A stretch of 64,000 nucleotides of DNA from the human T2T-CHM13v2.0 reference genome, Homo sapiens. This document shows, piece after piece, positions 45,230 to 59,490 of the stretch. The notes beneath the pieces are model-generated. The model ran no database searches, had not been told where the DNA came from, and saw only the letters and a list, made by a program, of their open reading frames with translations. The stretch is from NCBI RefSeq assembly GCF_009914755.1, contig NC_060936.1. One strand, written 5' to 3'. A program made the position numbers and the translations under genes. Position 1 is the first letter of the stretch. The number at the start of each line of letters is the position of its first letter.

Positions 45230-47748
45230 GCTTTTTAAAAATAGCTTTATTAAAGAGATAATTAACATATCACAAAACTCAGCCATTTAAGTGTACAATT
45301 CAATGGTTTTAGTAAATTTGCAGAGTTGTACAACCATCAACACAGTCTAATTTTAGAATATTTTCATCAACAAAAAGAAACCCCATATGCATTAGCAGTC
45401 AATTCTCACTCCACGCCCATCCATCCCCAGCCCTAGGTAACTTAATCTTTCTGTGTCTATAGATTTTCTTATGCTGGACATTTCATTAAAATGGTATCAT
45501 ACAATATGTGGTCTTTTATGACTAGTTTGTTTCACTTAGCATAATGTTTTCAAGATTCATCCATGTTATAGCATGTTTGAGTAAGTATTTCTTTTTATAC
45601 TGAATAATATTCCATTATATGAATATGCTATTTTTTAATCCATACATTCATTTATGGACATTTGGGTTGTTTTTATTTTGGGCTATTATGAATAATTCTC
45701 CTAGGAACTTCCATGCACAAGATTTTATGTAGGCATATTTTTTCTTTCTATTGGATATGTATCTAGAAGCAGAATTGCTTGGTCATCTGGTAACTCCATG
45801 TTTTACATTTTTAGGAGCTGCCAAACGGTTTTCCAAAATAGCTACACTATTTTACATTCCTATCAACATTATTTGAGAGTCGCAGTTTACCACATCCTTG
45901 CCAATGTTTGTTACTATTTTTAATTAAAGCTATCCTAGTGGGTGCAGGTGGTATCACATTGTGGATCACATTGTGGTTTTGATTTGCATTTCCCTAATGG
46001 CTAATCAATGTGAACATCTTTTTATGTGCTTATTATTCATTGTATATCTTCTGTGGATAAATATCTATTCAAATCCCTTGTCCATTTTTAATTTGGTTAT
46101 TCATCTTTTCATTATGAGTATGAGGGTTCTTTATAAATTCTGGCTACAAATCCCTTCTCATATATTTGATTTGAAAGTGTTTTCTTCCATTCAGTGAGTT
46201 TTTCTTTTACTTCCTTTGATAATGTCCTTTAATGCATAAAAAGTTTCCAGTTTTCATAAAGTTCAATTTATCAATTTTTTCTTTTGTCACTTATGCTTTT
46301 TGTGTTATATCTATAAAAATCACTGCCTAACCCAAAGTCACAAACACTCTTAGGTTTTATTCTAAAAATTTATCATTGTAGCTCTTATTTTTAGGTCTAT
46401 AATCCATTTTGAGTTAAATTTTGCAGATAGTGTGAGGTACAGGTCCAACTTCATTCTTTTGCATTCAGTTATCCCAGAACCATTTGTTGGAAGTACTATT
46501 CTTTCTCTACAAAACTGTGTTGGTACCTCTGCCAAGGATCAATTCTTCATAAATATATGGGTTTATTTCTGGGCTGTCAATTCTATTCTGTTGATCTATA
46601 TACCTATCCTTGTGCCAGTACCACACTGTTTTGATTAATGTAGCTTTTATAATGAGTTTTGAAATCAGGAAATATGAGTGTCCAAGTTTGTTCCTCTTTT
46701 TCAAGATTGTTTACCTATTCTGGGTCTATTGCATTTCCGTATAAATTTTAAGATCGGCTTGTGAATTTCAGCAAAAATTCCAGATAAAAAAATTTTTATA
46801 GGGATTGCAATGAATCTGTAGATCAGTTTGGAGAATACTCCCATCTTGTCATCTTAACAATATTAATTCCTCCAATTCATAAATAAATATGGGCTTTTCC
46901 CTTATTTCAGTCCTTTAAAATTTCTTTCAGTAATATTTTATACTTTTCATTGTACAAGTATGACACTTGTTAAATTTATACTTAAGTATTTTATTCTTTT
47001 TATTCTATTGTTAATAAAATTGTTTTCTTAATTTCATTTTTAATTTTGCATTGTTAGTATATAGAAATATAATAGAGTTTTGTAAATATCTTGCATCTTG
47101 AAACCCTGATAAACTCATTTATAATTTTTAATTGAATTCCTGAATATTTTCTATATACATGATGATGTTGTCTGCAAATAGTTGTTTTACTTTTTCCTTT
47201 CTAATATGGATACCTTTTATTTAAAAATACTTTTATTCTGCCTTTTATATTTACTTATGCAGTTACCTTTACTAATGCTCTTTATTTATTCCCGTGGAGT
47301 CAAGCACTCCCTATTGTCCTTTCATCCTTTCAATTCTGTATGAAGGATTCCTTTTAATACGTTTTGTAAGGCAGTCTTGATAGAGACAAATTCTCTCAGT
47401 TTCTGTTTGTCTGGTAGTGTTTAATTTTTCCTTCATTTTTGACATGTAGTTTTGCTGGATGTGAAATTCTTCTATTACAGTCTTTTTCTTTCAGCACTTT
47501 AGATACATCAGCCCCGGTAAAAAGTAATTTGAGGAAAAAAAATAGATATGTTATCCACTGCCTTCTGGCCTATGTAGTTTCTGATGAGAAGCTAATTATT
47601 AATCTTAATGAAGATTCTTTACACATGATAGATCATTTTTCCCTTGTTGCTTTTAAGATTCTCTCTCTGCCTTTGTCTGTTGAAAATTTGACTATAATAA
47701 TGTATAGGTATGGATCTCCTTGAATTTATTCTACTTGGAGTTTGTTGA

Positions 47749-47782
<34 letters not shown>

Positions 47783-48603
47783 TTAAAATCAAACTTAGGC
47801 AGTTTTGGGCCATAATTTTTTCAAGTAATCATTCTGCTTCTTTCTTTCCTCTATTCTCACATTCCAATTACACATATACATTTGTATACTTGATGGTCCC
47901 ACAGATCTTTGAATCTCTGTTTATTTTTCCTTTCTGTTTCTCACAATGGATAATATCAATTGATCTACATTAAAGTTCACCATTTTTTTTCTTCTGTCAG
48001 CTAAAATCTGCTCTTGGGCCTCTCTGGTGCATTTTTCATTTTAGCTTAATACTTTTCAATACCAGAATTTCTATTTTGTTTTTTATAATTTTATCTCTTT
48101 ATTGATATTCTCTATTTGGTGAGATATTGTTGTCATACTTTCCTTGATTTATTTTCATGTTTTCTATTAGTTCTTTAAACACTTCATAAAAGCTGATTTA
48201 AAATCTTTGTCTAATAACTCTAAGATTTGGGATCCCTCAGGGCCAGTTTCCATTGACTCCTATTTTCCTGTGTATGGATAATTCTTTCTTGCTTTTTTAT
48301 GTGTCTCATAATTTCTTGTTGAAAATTGGACATTTTAAATAATATAATGTGGCAACTCTGGAAATCAGATCAACACCTCCCAACCAAGGTGTGTGGGTGT
48401 GTGTGAGAAAGGTTGCTATCATTTTGTTGTATTTGTTGTTTTTTTTTTTGTTTTGTAACTTTCCTAAGCTAATCCTGTAAAGTCTATATTCTTCATAGTG
48501 TGTAACCACGGTTCTGTTCAGTTACGTTGTTAATCAGCTAATGCTTGGTCAGAGATTTCTTAAATGCCTCCAAAAATTAAATCTTTCAACCTTTACTCTC
48601 AGG

Positions 48604-48662
<59 letters not shown>

Positions 48663-49430
48663 GGGGCATGCTTTCCATGTTCAGGCAGCCAGTTTACAAA
48701 CTCTACCCTAGACTTCATTTCCTGCTTGCACAGGGCTTCAAGATCAGCCAAAGACTAGAGACTGGGGCCGTCTCAGGTCTTTACTGGGCATACACACAAC
48801 CTTGCATGTAAGTGCAGCCATCTAGATCCCCAGGAATATCTTAGAGCTCTTGAAAAGCCCCAGGGACATCTCATTTCCCTTATCTACGTTTTAAGTTTCT
48901 GGCCAGGCTCTTGTTTATCTCTCATGTTAAGTAATTACCACTAATTGTTTTTGAAAAATTCCCTGGGGATAGGGCTTTTCCTTTAACATATGTTGTGAAT
49001 CAGATCAAATAACAACTGCTCCTTTTGAGTGGGCTTTTCCAGAGGCTGTGAGATAGGTCAAACAGTGACAGTGCTCTGCAGATAGAACATTCTGTGGAGT
49101 TACAAACCCCATCTACCCCGCCAGTGGCTGCATGGCTGCTGTTTTTCATAGCTACTATGATTGTGAGGCTGCTGATTTTCCAGGCTACTGCAGAGATGGG
49201 GAAAGAGTGATAACAGGAGATAAAGTACCACAAACTCTGCAGTTCTTAATGAGGTTCAGCAGTTTTTCCTGAATAAGCAGTTTTCAGATTGTTACAAGAC
49301 TTTGTTAATTTCTAGAAGTCTAAAACGTTATTAGTGTTTTCATGGCTTAGTGTGCCAGTGTTTTCATGGCTTTTATGGCAGGGCAAATTATAGAGGTAGA
49401 GGTCCTCATACTGCCATTCCAGAAGTTTCC
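45230..49430 (-). mobile_element. Old L1M block (L1MB/L1ME-type 3' end and ORF2 to about 47225, then more 5' L1M sequence)
   Basis: aagtgtacaattcaatggttttagtaaatttgcagagttgtacaacc 3' end; ORF-track piece IKTVWYWHKDRYIDQQNRIDSPEINPYIY is L1 ORF2-like; QQTPSRINSRRS is L1 ORF1-like. Confidence 0.85.
48607..48660. repeat. (TG)27 microsatellite
   Basis: Read directly from the sequence. Confidence 0.95.
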
Positions 49431-50443
49431 TACTAGTATTATTTTTAAAGGAAAACAAAGTTTAATTGAAGATTTTTGTGCATTATAAATGATTCTTCAT
49501 CTTTATTTTCAACTGTTTTATTTAGGCAATTGCATATTGTAGTTCAAAATTCAATATTAATTTACAGAGTGTGACAGAAGCCTACATTTTCCTAGTTTCT
49601 TTCAGCACCTTCTTCATATCACATATTTCCTCGTGTTATATAGAGGGCTGAATCTCCCAAGTAACTCTCCTTTTTATTCCCCTTAATTTAGTTATGCTTT
49701 TTTTAACATGTGGTACCCAGAGCCAGACATATTATTTTTTATGTAATCAGATCTTTGCAGGACATACGAGGGCTTTCACATTTCTCCTGTTAAGGGTATT
49801 ATGTTTTTATTGCTGTTGTTTATTAGCAAACACACTTGACTGAGTATATAAACCTACCCAGATTCAAATCAACTTGAAGCAAGACACGAGATAATAGAAA
49901 TTGCAAGATAAATGCTGAACAGGTTGGTTTTTCTCTTTTGGACTTTGGGGACTTGGGTCCAGTGAGATCTGAAAATACCCAAAAAAGCTAGCAAAATACC
50001 AAAGCACAGAAATTTACTTGTTATTTTATTTTGTTATTCTTTAAAACTATTTTATAAAATTTATTTAAAGTAGATTAACAAAAGATTTCTTCTTCCATTG
50101 TGAAATGCGTTATTTTCAAATATCTTTCTGATATCTGATCATTTGGTAAAAGAGCTCATTCTTTCCTATTAACTAGCCACACACATACACTTTTTTAAAT
50201 ATTTTAAATATCAAGAATACAAAAAGGGAAAATACACTTATTTGGCCATTAAACCTTTCTGGCATCTTATTAAAATCTTATCATAAGACATGAAAATAAT
50301 TGATTTTATTGAAGATGTCCTCATTCAGTTCATCTATATCTAAGTGATATGCAGTATGCATAATCCTTTGTCAACATTCAAATAAATTTAAGACCATATT
50401 TTGGCATGATAAGTTCTAGTTTCTTAAAACTTGTACAATTCAT

Positions 50444-50775
<332 letters not shown>

Positions 50776-51789
50776 TTAGCCTTCTTATTTATGATGTTCA
50801 TCTGAAATTCATACCATTGCTTAATAGAATACCTCAAAATCTCTTTCTGATAAATTCAGTGGCTCCACATTTGAGCATGAAAAGCAGCAGAAATAATCAA
50901 AGTATATTTTAAAACTGAAGACAACTAAACTGTCAGTTTAAAGGAACACTTGTTATCAAACTTCTATCTTACAAACATTTAGGCTCCACCTAAAAATCTA
51001 GAGCAAAGACCAAAACATTGTTTTGACAGAGTCTAAGAAGAATGTGAGGAACAAAGAAGCAAGAGAAAACATGAAAAACTAAAATTGATATCTCTCTGGC
51101 TCCCTCTGTTTGTTTTTTTTTTTTTTTTTTTTAGCTGTATGACTTATTAGATAATTGTTGCCATTTATAACAAGGATATTATACTTTTCTATTTGTGGTG
51201 TTAACCAGAGGCACAGAGCACACAGAAATGGGGAGCTGGATGCATATATTTACATATTTAAATTTTATAATCCCTAGATCTCTACTTTTTAGCTTCTTTC
51301 TCAAATAGATTGAAACCCTTCCCTGGATGACTGATGGAACAGATTGGAGTTTTATTGCTAAAGGGGAATAAGAAAGTAGAAAGCCATGTGCTATAATGGA
51401 GGCGTACTTTGCAATCCTCTCATTTTAAATGTATATTAACAACTTGATTCTATAATGGAATAACTTCAAGAGTAGCTCTAAGCTCTCTACAAAATGGCTA
51501 ACTATATTCTTCTTATTCATTTCAACCTTCTAAATAAAACATGCGACCTCTTCACCCCCACTTAAAATGGCAGCATTGAGTTTTTCTACAATATTCATTA
51601 TTATATATGTCTTTGAGCCTCTGTTAAAAATATGAATATGGAACCTTGGCACTAATAAATGAGCTTGATCTACACTATGCAAAAGGTATCAGAAATAATC
51701 AGTACACTATCTAGGGAGAAGTCCAAGACAATATCCATTTGGTTTTCTTCCTTAATTTTGTAGACTTATTTTATTTGGTGAGAGAAGAT

Positions 51790-51960
51790 TCTTTGGGTTC
51801 AGAGTGGCCTAGATTTGAGTTTCAGGTTTATCTCTTTACTAACTGTGAGAACTTATGCGAGTTACTTACATATACTAAAATATACTGAGTCTCAATTTCC
51901 TCATCTGTAAAATACGGATAATAAAACCTGTTGGCAGGACCAAATCATAAATTAAATGAC
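51790..51960 (+). mobile_element. MIR
   Basis: tactaactgtgagaactt...tctcaatttcctcatctgtaaaatacggataataa. Confidence 0.8.
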
Positions 51961-54734
51961 TGCACTGAAAGGAGAGTTTGACTCCTACGAACCTCTAAGA
52001 CATTCATTGTACAGGAACAACCTCCAAGTTCCTCAATGTATGTGGAGATTCAATAAAAGACCATCTCGTTAGAGATGTGAAAAAATGTTTTCCTGAAGAG
52101 ATTACCCCTGTCAATATAAAATTATTTTATTTTCTGGAGTTACAACTGTGTTAAAAATTACATCAACTCTTTTATCTGTTGTAGGAAGTGAGCATTTAAA
52201 GTAAAAGTTTCTTAATTGTCAATACTTTGTATTGAAATCCTAACCTATTACTTTCTCCAGCTGTTCTGCCTAGAACAAGGTTGTTTCCCCATGCCCCAGT
52301 TAAAGATTTCAGGCATCAGAAATATAGAAATTAAAGAAAGAAGGGAAGGGAAGGAGAAGCGCAAGAGAGAATGTATGTTTTGGGGGTAGGGAAGAGAAAT
52401 GGGTAGTAGCAATGTGTGTATATGTGTGTAGCAGAGGTGCTGATAAGAGTGGCTACTTCTCAGCTATCTGAGGATGAAACTAAATCTCTCTATTGTCTTT
52501 TAATTCATACAATCCCTTCTGAAGACAGATGCATTTTTCTTTCCTTATGTTATCAGAGTCACTTTCTGCAATCTCAAAAGCAGTTCAAAACCAAAGGATA
52601 TCAAAAGCCAATGCAGTTTGGAGAAAGTCTGAAACCCAGGGCTCTGCACTGCTTGTCTCTTTCTAAATTGAAGTGCAGAAGTGCATTAAGGCTGTTGCCA
52701 TCAATCACTGTTCAAACCCAGGATAAAAGATCTGTACCTGCTGGAAGGCAATCTCCCACCCCACAGTGCTGCAATCAAATGTATAATTTTTGTGAATTTC
52801 CACCAAAACTTTCTACAGTATCTGGCTTATGCCCCTGATTGTATTATCTTCCATGTTTAGGTTATATCTTTCCCCCAAAAATTGTTAGGAAACATTTGCT
52901 TACTGCCATGTAACATCTAAAAATATAAAGACATTAAGAGATGTGAGAAAATGCCTACGGGTTTTTGTATTCCAATTGCCATCCCTGAAAGCCACAACAG
53001 AGTGATTCACTGTTTTTCATGGAGAAAACTACCAATCAACAGAGAAAAAAAAAGGAGACACTGAGGGATATAGTGTGGGCAGCTCTAGTTATAGTCATTC
53101 ATTATCACAGCTTGCACACTGCACAATGGGAGCTTCAAAAGATCACAGCTGGACTTTCCATGAAGCACATGTTACAGGACATCACAAGCTGGGTCCCACA
53201 TCATCTGGGTCAGGGGCCAGGCCAAAGTTGTAATGAAAAGCATTACAACAAGTTTAGAAGTTTTCAGAAGAAAGACGAAGAAGAGATATAAAATTCACAC
53301 ATATGAACTTATTTGGGAGAAACCTGATGGAGGAAAATGAAAGAAAAAAAGATGGAACAAGAGCATTCCTAGTTAGAAATTTAACTTTTTTTAAACAAGG
53401 AAAACCAAGAAATACAATATAATAGTGTCTTTTTAAACAGAGAAGAATATGACTCCATAAGCAAGGCCTTGGAATTTTACTGCAAAGGGCTGACATATGT
53501 AGTGAACAAAGATCAGAATTATAAAATCAAAAATAAAAATGTAGCCCTATTTCCAGGCTGAAGTGAGCTGACAAGCCACATCCACTATGTGCCTGGGGGT
53601 CCCTGTCTTGGGTCATTCAGTCTCCCAGAACTGTCCACAAACCAGTAGACAGTTTCCTTCTCATCTTGGAGAGGTGGGGAGAGCTGGGGTCCTGAGTTGA
53701 AAGGCTTGAGCTACTGGCAATGGCTCTGACATGAAAACAAGCCCTATCTCTCTGTACAGGCCCCACAGCCAAGCTTCCAGCAAGCAGTAGCTCTGGAGAC
53801 TGTAGCCAAGAATGATCAAAAGCAAAACCCCACACCCATGAGACAAATCTAATATATCATCCACAGCACCCTCTAACTGGAGGCACAGACTTTGAGATGG
53901 AAGTGCACTGGCTGAAGTAAATAGGGACGAGGTAGAGCCCTTCTATCTGCTAGAAACTACGTGATCCTGAATGCTCATTTGTCCCATGCACTACCAATAA
54001 AGAGATCTCTGAAGTGGATCTGTCAGCCCCACTCACAGGCTAAAAGCCTCACTTCTGACTCCATGGGTTTGTATCTCCCAGCTTTGTGAGTAGGAAGCAG
54101 AATTTTTCCAATACTCTTGCTCCAAACTGGGGAGTAAGACCACACAGCCAGGTGGCTTCTAGTTAGGCAGCCCCATGAGTTGTAAAGATACTTCAAACGC
54201 TCTCAGACTCAATTCTTCTAGCATGTACAAATGATTAATAGCAGCAATTCTATTGCATCCAGACATTCATTTTTCCAATTGTTTCCCACCCCCTCCCCTC
54301 GCTGGGGAAATGTCATTTAGCCACTAAGAAACCAAACACAGACATCAATAGCTTTAAAACTCTGTTTTTGGTTCACCTTCTGCCGCTGAGACTCTAGTAA
54401 GCACAGCACATAACATTGCAGTAGTCCAAAGAAAGTCCTCAACCAGCCCTGGATAGTGGAGGCCCTTGGAGAGACTGATAATGACTGAGTCATGTGGATT
54501 TAACCCAGAAACCCAACAGCCAGCAAGCTAGTCTTCTTCATCTTGAAAAATCTTAATAATCCAAACAATATGTGAAATATTAAGCTAGAGCACTTTTATG
54601 AAATTCCATATCAATTCAGAAACTGGCATGAAATTTCTTTCTTTGTTTGTGTTCACAAATACCCCATTCATCAAGATTGCTAATGGCTGGGCTTTGCAGA
54701 CTTAAAATGTGAGAAATGAGATATTGTAAGATGA

Positions 54735-54970
54735 CAGTGTAGGGTGTTGGCAGCCTGGGCTGCTAGGTTTCAAATCCTGGCCCTGCCACTTACTAGTTAC
54801 ATAACCTTGGATATCATGCTTAACCTCCCTCTCCTCCATTTCTCCGTCTGTAAGTGGGGATAATGTTAGTTATTTCATAGGATTGTTATGAGAATTAATT
54901 ACTATATGTAAATTGTTTAGAATAATCCCTGGACATCATAGGAGTTCAATAAATGTGAGATACTATTATG
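54735..54970 (+). mobile_element. MIR
   Basis: caaatcctggccctgccacttactag...cataggattgttatgagaattaa...tcaataaatg. Confidence 0.85.
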
Positions 54971-55322
54971 TCTGGGTGAATCTTTTCTCCATTTACAGAG
55001 GAAGAAGGCAAACGACTAAAGCCTGCTGGGGTGGTTACGTTTATATTGATGAGGAGAGAGTAAAGAATGGAGAAAAGAAAGTGAGAAGTGAGGTCACACA
55101 TAGAACCAAGTGGAAAATACCTGCAGGGCATTGCAAAGGTGTGGCTGCAGGGCTTCGCTATTCATAGAGCAAACTCTGGGAGAATGTCATTACAACCACT
55201 GACCACTGGCAGGAGCCATTTGAAAATTCAGTCATTTTCTCTCTCTTGTACTTTGAAGAATTAAATTACTGTTCACCAGACAATCCTATCTCAGAAGCAG
55301 AAAGTAACACTAAACTAATTAA

Positions 55323-55637
<315 letters not shown>

Positions 55638-56065
55638 TAACTTTTAAAAGGTTTCCTGGATTCTTGCTAAAAGAACTCTCCATCCTCACCAAATACCTCC
55701 TCCCAAGTCTTAGCCATAATGGCACCAAGGGGCAACTGTTAGCTAGGAAGAGTTTCAAAGGTTAAAAATAATCGAATATTGACTCAAAGATATAATATCA
55801 CATTATAAAGTACAGATCTTATTTTTTCTCATCTAAAACAATTAAACATTTCTATAATTCTAAAAAAGATGAGCCAATTGTGATGCAATAGCAATTGTTA
55901 AATTGCAAAACATATGCTTTCTACATATTCATGTTGATTCTAGAATGACATCAAAGTAAAGTGATATAAACTGTTCATCTTTATATTCTGACTTAACAAT
56001 AATAATTTTTACTCCCTGATGATCTCAAAATACTTAACAGACATTATCTAACTAAGAAGGTATTA

Positions 56066-56375
56066 AGCCTTGTGTGGTGGCTTAAGACTATAATCCCAGC
56101 ACTTGGGGAGGCTGAGGCAGGTGGATCGCTTGAGGCCAGGAGTTTGAAACCAGCATGGGCAGAATAGGGAGACCTTGTTTCTACAAAAAAAATTAAAACA
56201 TTAGCTGGGCATGGTGGTGTGTGCCTGTGATTGGTCCCAGCTCCTGAAAGGCTAAAAGTGAGAGGATCCTTTAAGCCCAGGAGGTTGAGGCTGCAGTGAG
56301 CCATGATTGCACCACTGCACTCCAGCCTGGGCAACAGAGAGAGACCCTGGCCGAAAAACAAAAACAAAAACAGAA
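56066..56375 (+). mobile_element. AluJ
   Basis: ggatcgcttgaggccaggag, gaggctgcagtgagccatgattg; near-TSD aagaa(g/a)gtattaa. Confidence 0.92.
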
Positions 56376-58569
56376 AAGAAAGTATTAATGGGAGATTTCT
56401 ATGCAAATATTATAAAAAGTTGGAGTAGAAAATATGGGGATGTAAGATCTAAATTAATGATAAATCTTTGAAATGTAATAATAACTCATTATTATATTGT
56501 CTTTAATGGTTTAGAATATATCTTCCCATGCATGATATCATTTAAATTTCAACACAAATCTCTGAGATACGTGGGCAAACATATAATAATCTGTAATCAA
56601 GAAAGCTCCAGAATATTGAAATTGAGTAATCAATTTAGTTTCAATTTTAAAAAGTAAATGCAAAATTAAAATAATTTTGTATATAAATTCAAAACTTTGT
56701 AATCTTCCTGAAATATATATTAATAAAGTATCTCTTTTTTAGATAAAAAAGGCATTTATCTCAATTTTTAGTGAAAGAAAATCAATGGAGACATGAAATA
56801 CAGTATTCAATCGAAGTTTCTAGTTCAGGTATACAATTTTTAACCCAGGACGAATATTTTCCCTCAAGTTATGTAAAGTTTTATGCTTACAACATGTTAT
56901 TTTACTATCTGTCATTCTGAGATATTAGAAAGCTATTAGGATATTTTCTTTAAATAAATGATCCCCATATATTATTTTAGAAAAATAATTTTATTGTAGT
57001 TTGTCCCAAATCCAGAAAAAGCACAGCTTTTACACAGACCCATGAATAGTGTGGAAAGCAAAGGGTCATCCAGATTTACCCTAAACTTACTTGTTTCAGG
57101 GTTAACCTGTCACGAACCCAGCTGGGAGTAGTCCCCAGTCTCATCAGAACTATGTATCTCTTCATCTTCCATAAAGAGTAGAATGAGGAGCCTATAAACA
57201 AACACTTAATATCTCTGTTTGCCTATCAAAGTTTTGCAGGAAGCCAGATAATCTTTCTAAAAGTAAAACGTGTGATGCGAATTTATGGAAATGCATTCTA
57301 CATCCCTGTCACTCTCCAGGACACATCAAACCCAGTGACACTCATGAGTCAGAATGTGATGGTGAACGCAAATCAGATAAGGGAAGAAATCAATCACTTA
57401 ATGTCTTTATGTCCATATCCTCGTCTACACCACTAGTCTCCAAAGATATAGAAGAAGAAAATATTCAAACTTCTATTTCTATTATGTTAATCTCATTCTT
57501 CCAAAATGTCTACATTTTATATTTCTCATAATGTGAATAATATATTAATACAGTAGTGACAGGTAGTAATTCCAAACGAACCTAGTTTAAACAAGAGGGA
57601 AAAATATTCCTTTGTATATGAGAGCAGTCTTGCAGGGAAGAAGGACTTTTTTATGCTCAAGTGGATGTATTCTGCTTTTCTAAACTGGCTTGCTTCTTAC
57701 AGAAAGAAAAAAAAAGAAATATGATGAGTGAAAAATTTTCTAGAGAATATGTGATAAACCAGAATGTCTGAAATTTCTAAATCCAGTAAACTTTTCCCCC
57801 CACTTACACTACATGATCAGGATGGGTCTTATTTATCAGGAATGCACTGAGATCCGGATCATTATTACAGGCTGTAAACCTGGGAACACAGTGTGTTTGA
57901 AGTGATGAATTTAATAGCGTCCGATGACAGCAAATCATAATGACAGAAGGTGTGTCATAAAATCAGTCAGAGACGAGTTGTGAAACATGAATATTGCCAA
58001 GTCAGCTTGTGGGAAATTATGTGATTTTCCCTGTATTTCTAACATTTTAAGAAGGTCAGCCTTCAGGAGTCCTTTCAGAATCTGAACTGAGGCACTTAGG
58101 AGGTCTCTCATAGATTGCATAACTTGAAACACCACAAGAAAGAATGGGGGCAGGCATAGAGAAGGACATTCTATTTTCCTGTAATTTTATTTTCCCTTAA
58201 CCTAATAAAACATTCCAATGGAAAGTGACAAAAAAGCAGCTCCAGTAATTTGTCAAACGCAGACTAAGCACTGCATAAATAGCCTCAATATGATTCCCCC
58301 AGTATTCACTTCATTCCTATGCAGGCAAGATCTCAGGGACAGGTGCAGACCCCCAATTATTTTTTCTGATGGCTATGTTTATATTAAATAATGCTCATTC
58401 CCCTGAAATATTTAATCTTAGATTAATTGCCACAATTGTCAGAATACACATAAATCGGACCCAAATTCTGCCATGTTTCAACAACTAGAATATAGAACAT
58501 GAAATATTTAGTTCCTTTGCTCCTGTGATATCAATCTCATATCAATCCTCTTTCACAATATTCTTAACC

Positions 58570-58640
58570 GTGGCCTAGACATCAAGATTTTTAAAGCTCT
58601 CACATAATTGTAATGTACACCCCAAAACTGAGAATCAATG
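58570..58640. mobile_element. MER5-family fragment
   Basis: ggcctagacatc...tttttaaagctc...taatgtacaccc...tgagaatcaatg. Confidence 0.5.
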
Positions 58641-58934
58641 GACAGGGGACTCAGAAACTCACAGAGAAGCTCTTTAGGGAGCTTGCAATGTGATTCAGAG
58701 CAGAGTGGCTACCTGCTCTTAGAATCCCTCACTCCCCTGGATCTCCTGGAATGCCCCTACCTCCCGCTAGGTGAAGACACCTCAGTTAGTGTCAAGAAAC
58801 ACTCCAACCTGTATGAAAGTAATTGCGTCATTTTTTAGCAACAGTACGGTATTTTAAGGGAAAATTCTGAAGTTGGGCTCTCTGGGGGAAAATAATTATT
58901 TTAAACTCCTTCCCATATTATCAGGTTATGGCCC

Positions 58935-59120
58935 TAGACACCAGGGTCTACTAGAGGGGGAAAGGTAAGAGGAGGGTGAGGGTGAGGGTCAAAAACTATG
59001 CTCACTACCTGGGTGACGAGACCATTTGTACACCAAACCTCAGTGACATGCAATTTACCCATATAACAAACCTGCACGTGTATCCCCTAAACAAAAACAA
59101 AAGTTGAAAAGAAAAAAAAA
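58935..59120 (+). mobile_element. L1PA15/16-like 3' end
   Basis: tatgctcactacctgggtgacg...caccaaacctcagtgacatgcaatttacccatataacaaacctgcac plus A-tail. Confidence 0.85.
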
Positions 59121-59490
59121 TACAAAACATAAATTTGATAAAACACTAATAAGACTGATTAGAAAAAAGAACAGAAGAAAAAAATTAAAAATTTGAGGAA
59201 TGACTACAGATAGAGTAGATATTTATAAAAATATTTGAGAATACTATGAAGCAAATTATGCCAACATATATTAAGATATAAAAATGGACAATATTTTAGA
59301 AAAATATAACATCAAAAATTGAACTGAGAAAGCCTGGAAAACTGTTTTTCAATGACCAATGACCATTAAAAAGTTGAACAAACAAGACTTAGAAAAATGT
59401 TTTAGTCATGTTTTACCAAATCTTAGAGGAATAGATAAGCTTTCTCTTATATACATTATTTCAGAGGATACCCAAATAGCTATACAAATT
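59121..59490 (+). mobile_element. Old L1M ORF2 fragment
   Basis: gagaatactatgaa...tatgccaac...aaaatggacaatattttagaaaaatataac. Confidence 0.6.

Noticed and set aside
46507-46704. ORF with L1 ORF2 similarity (also 6603-7150, 10269, 11561, 47619)
   Set aside because: Short frames in a heavily mutated old L1; no intact ORF1 or ORF2, so not an active element
52416-52838. 140-aa ORF in non-repeat sequence
   Set aside because: GTG start, no recognisable homology, and no supporting splice or promoter context; the length is compatible with chance
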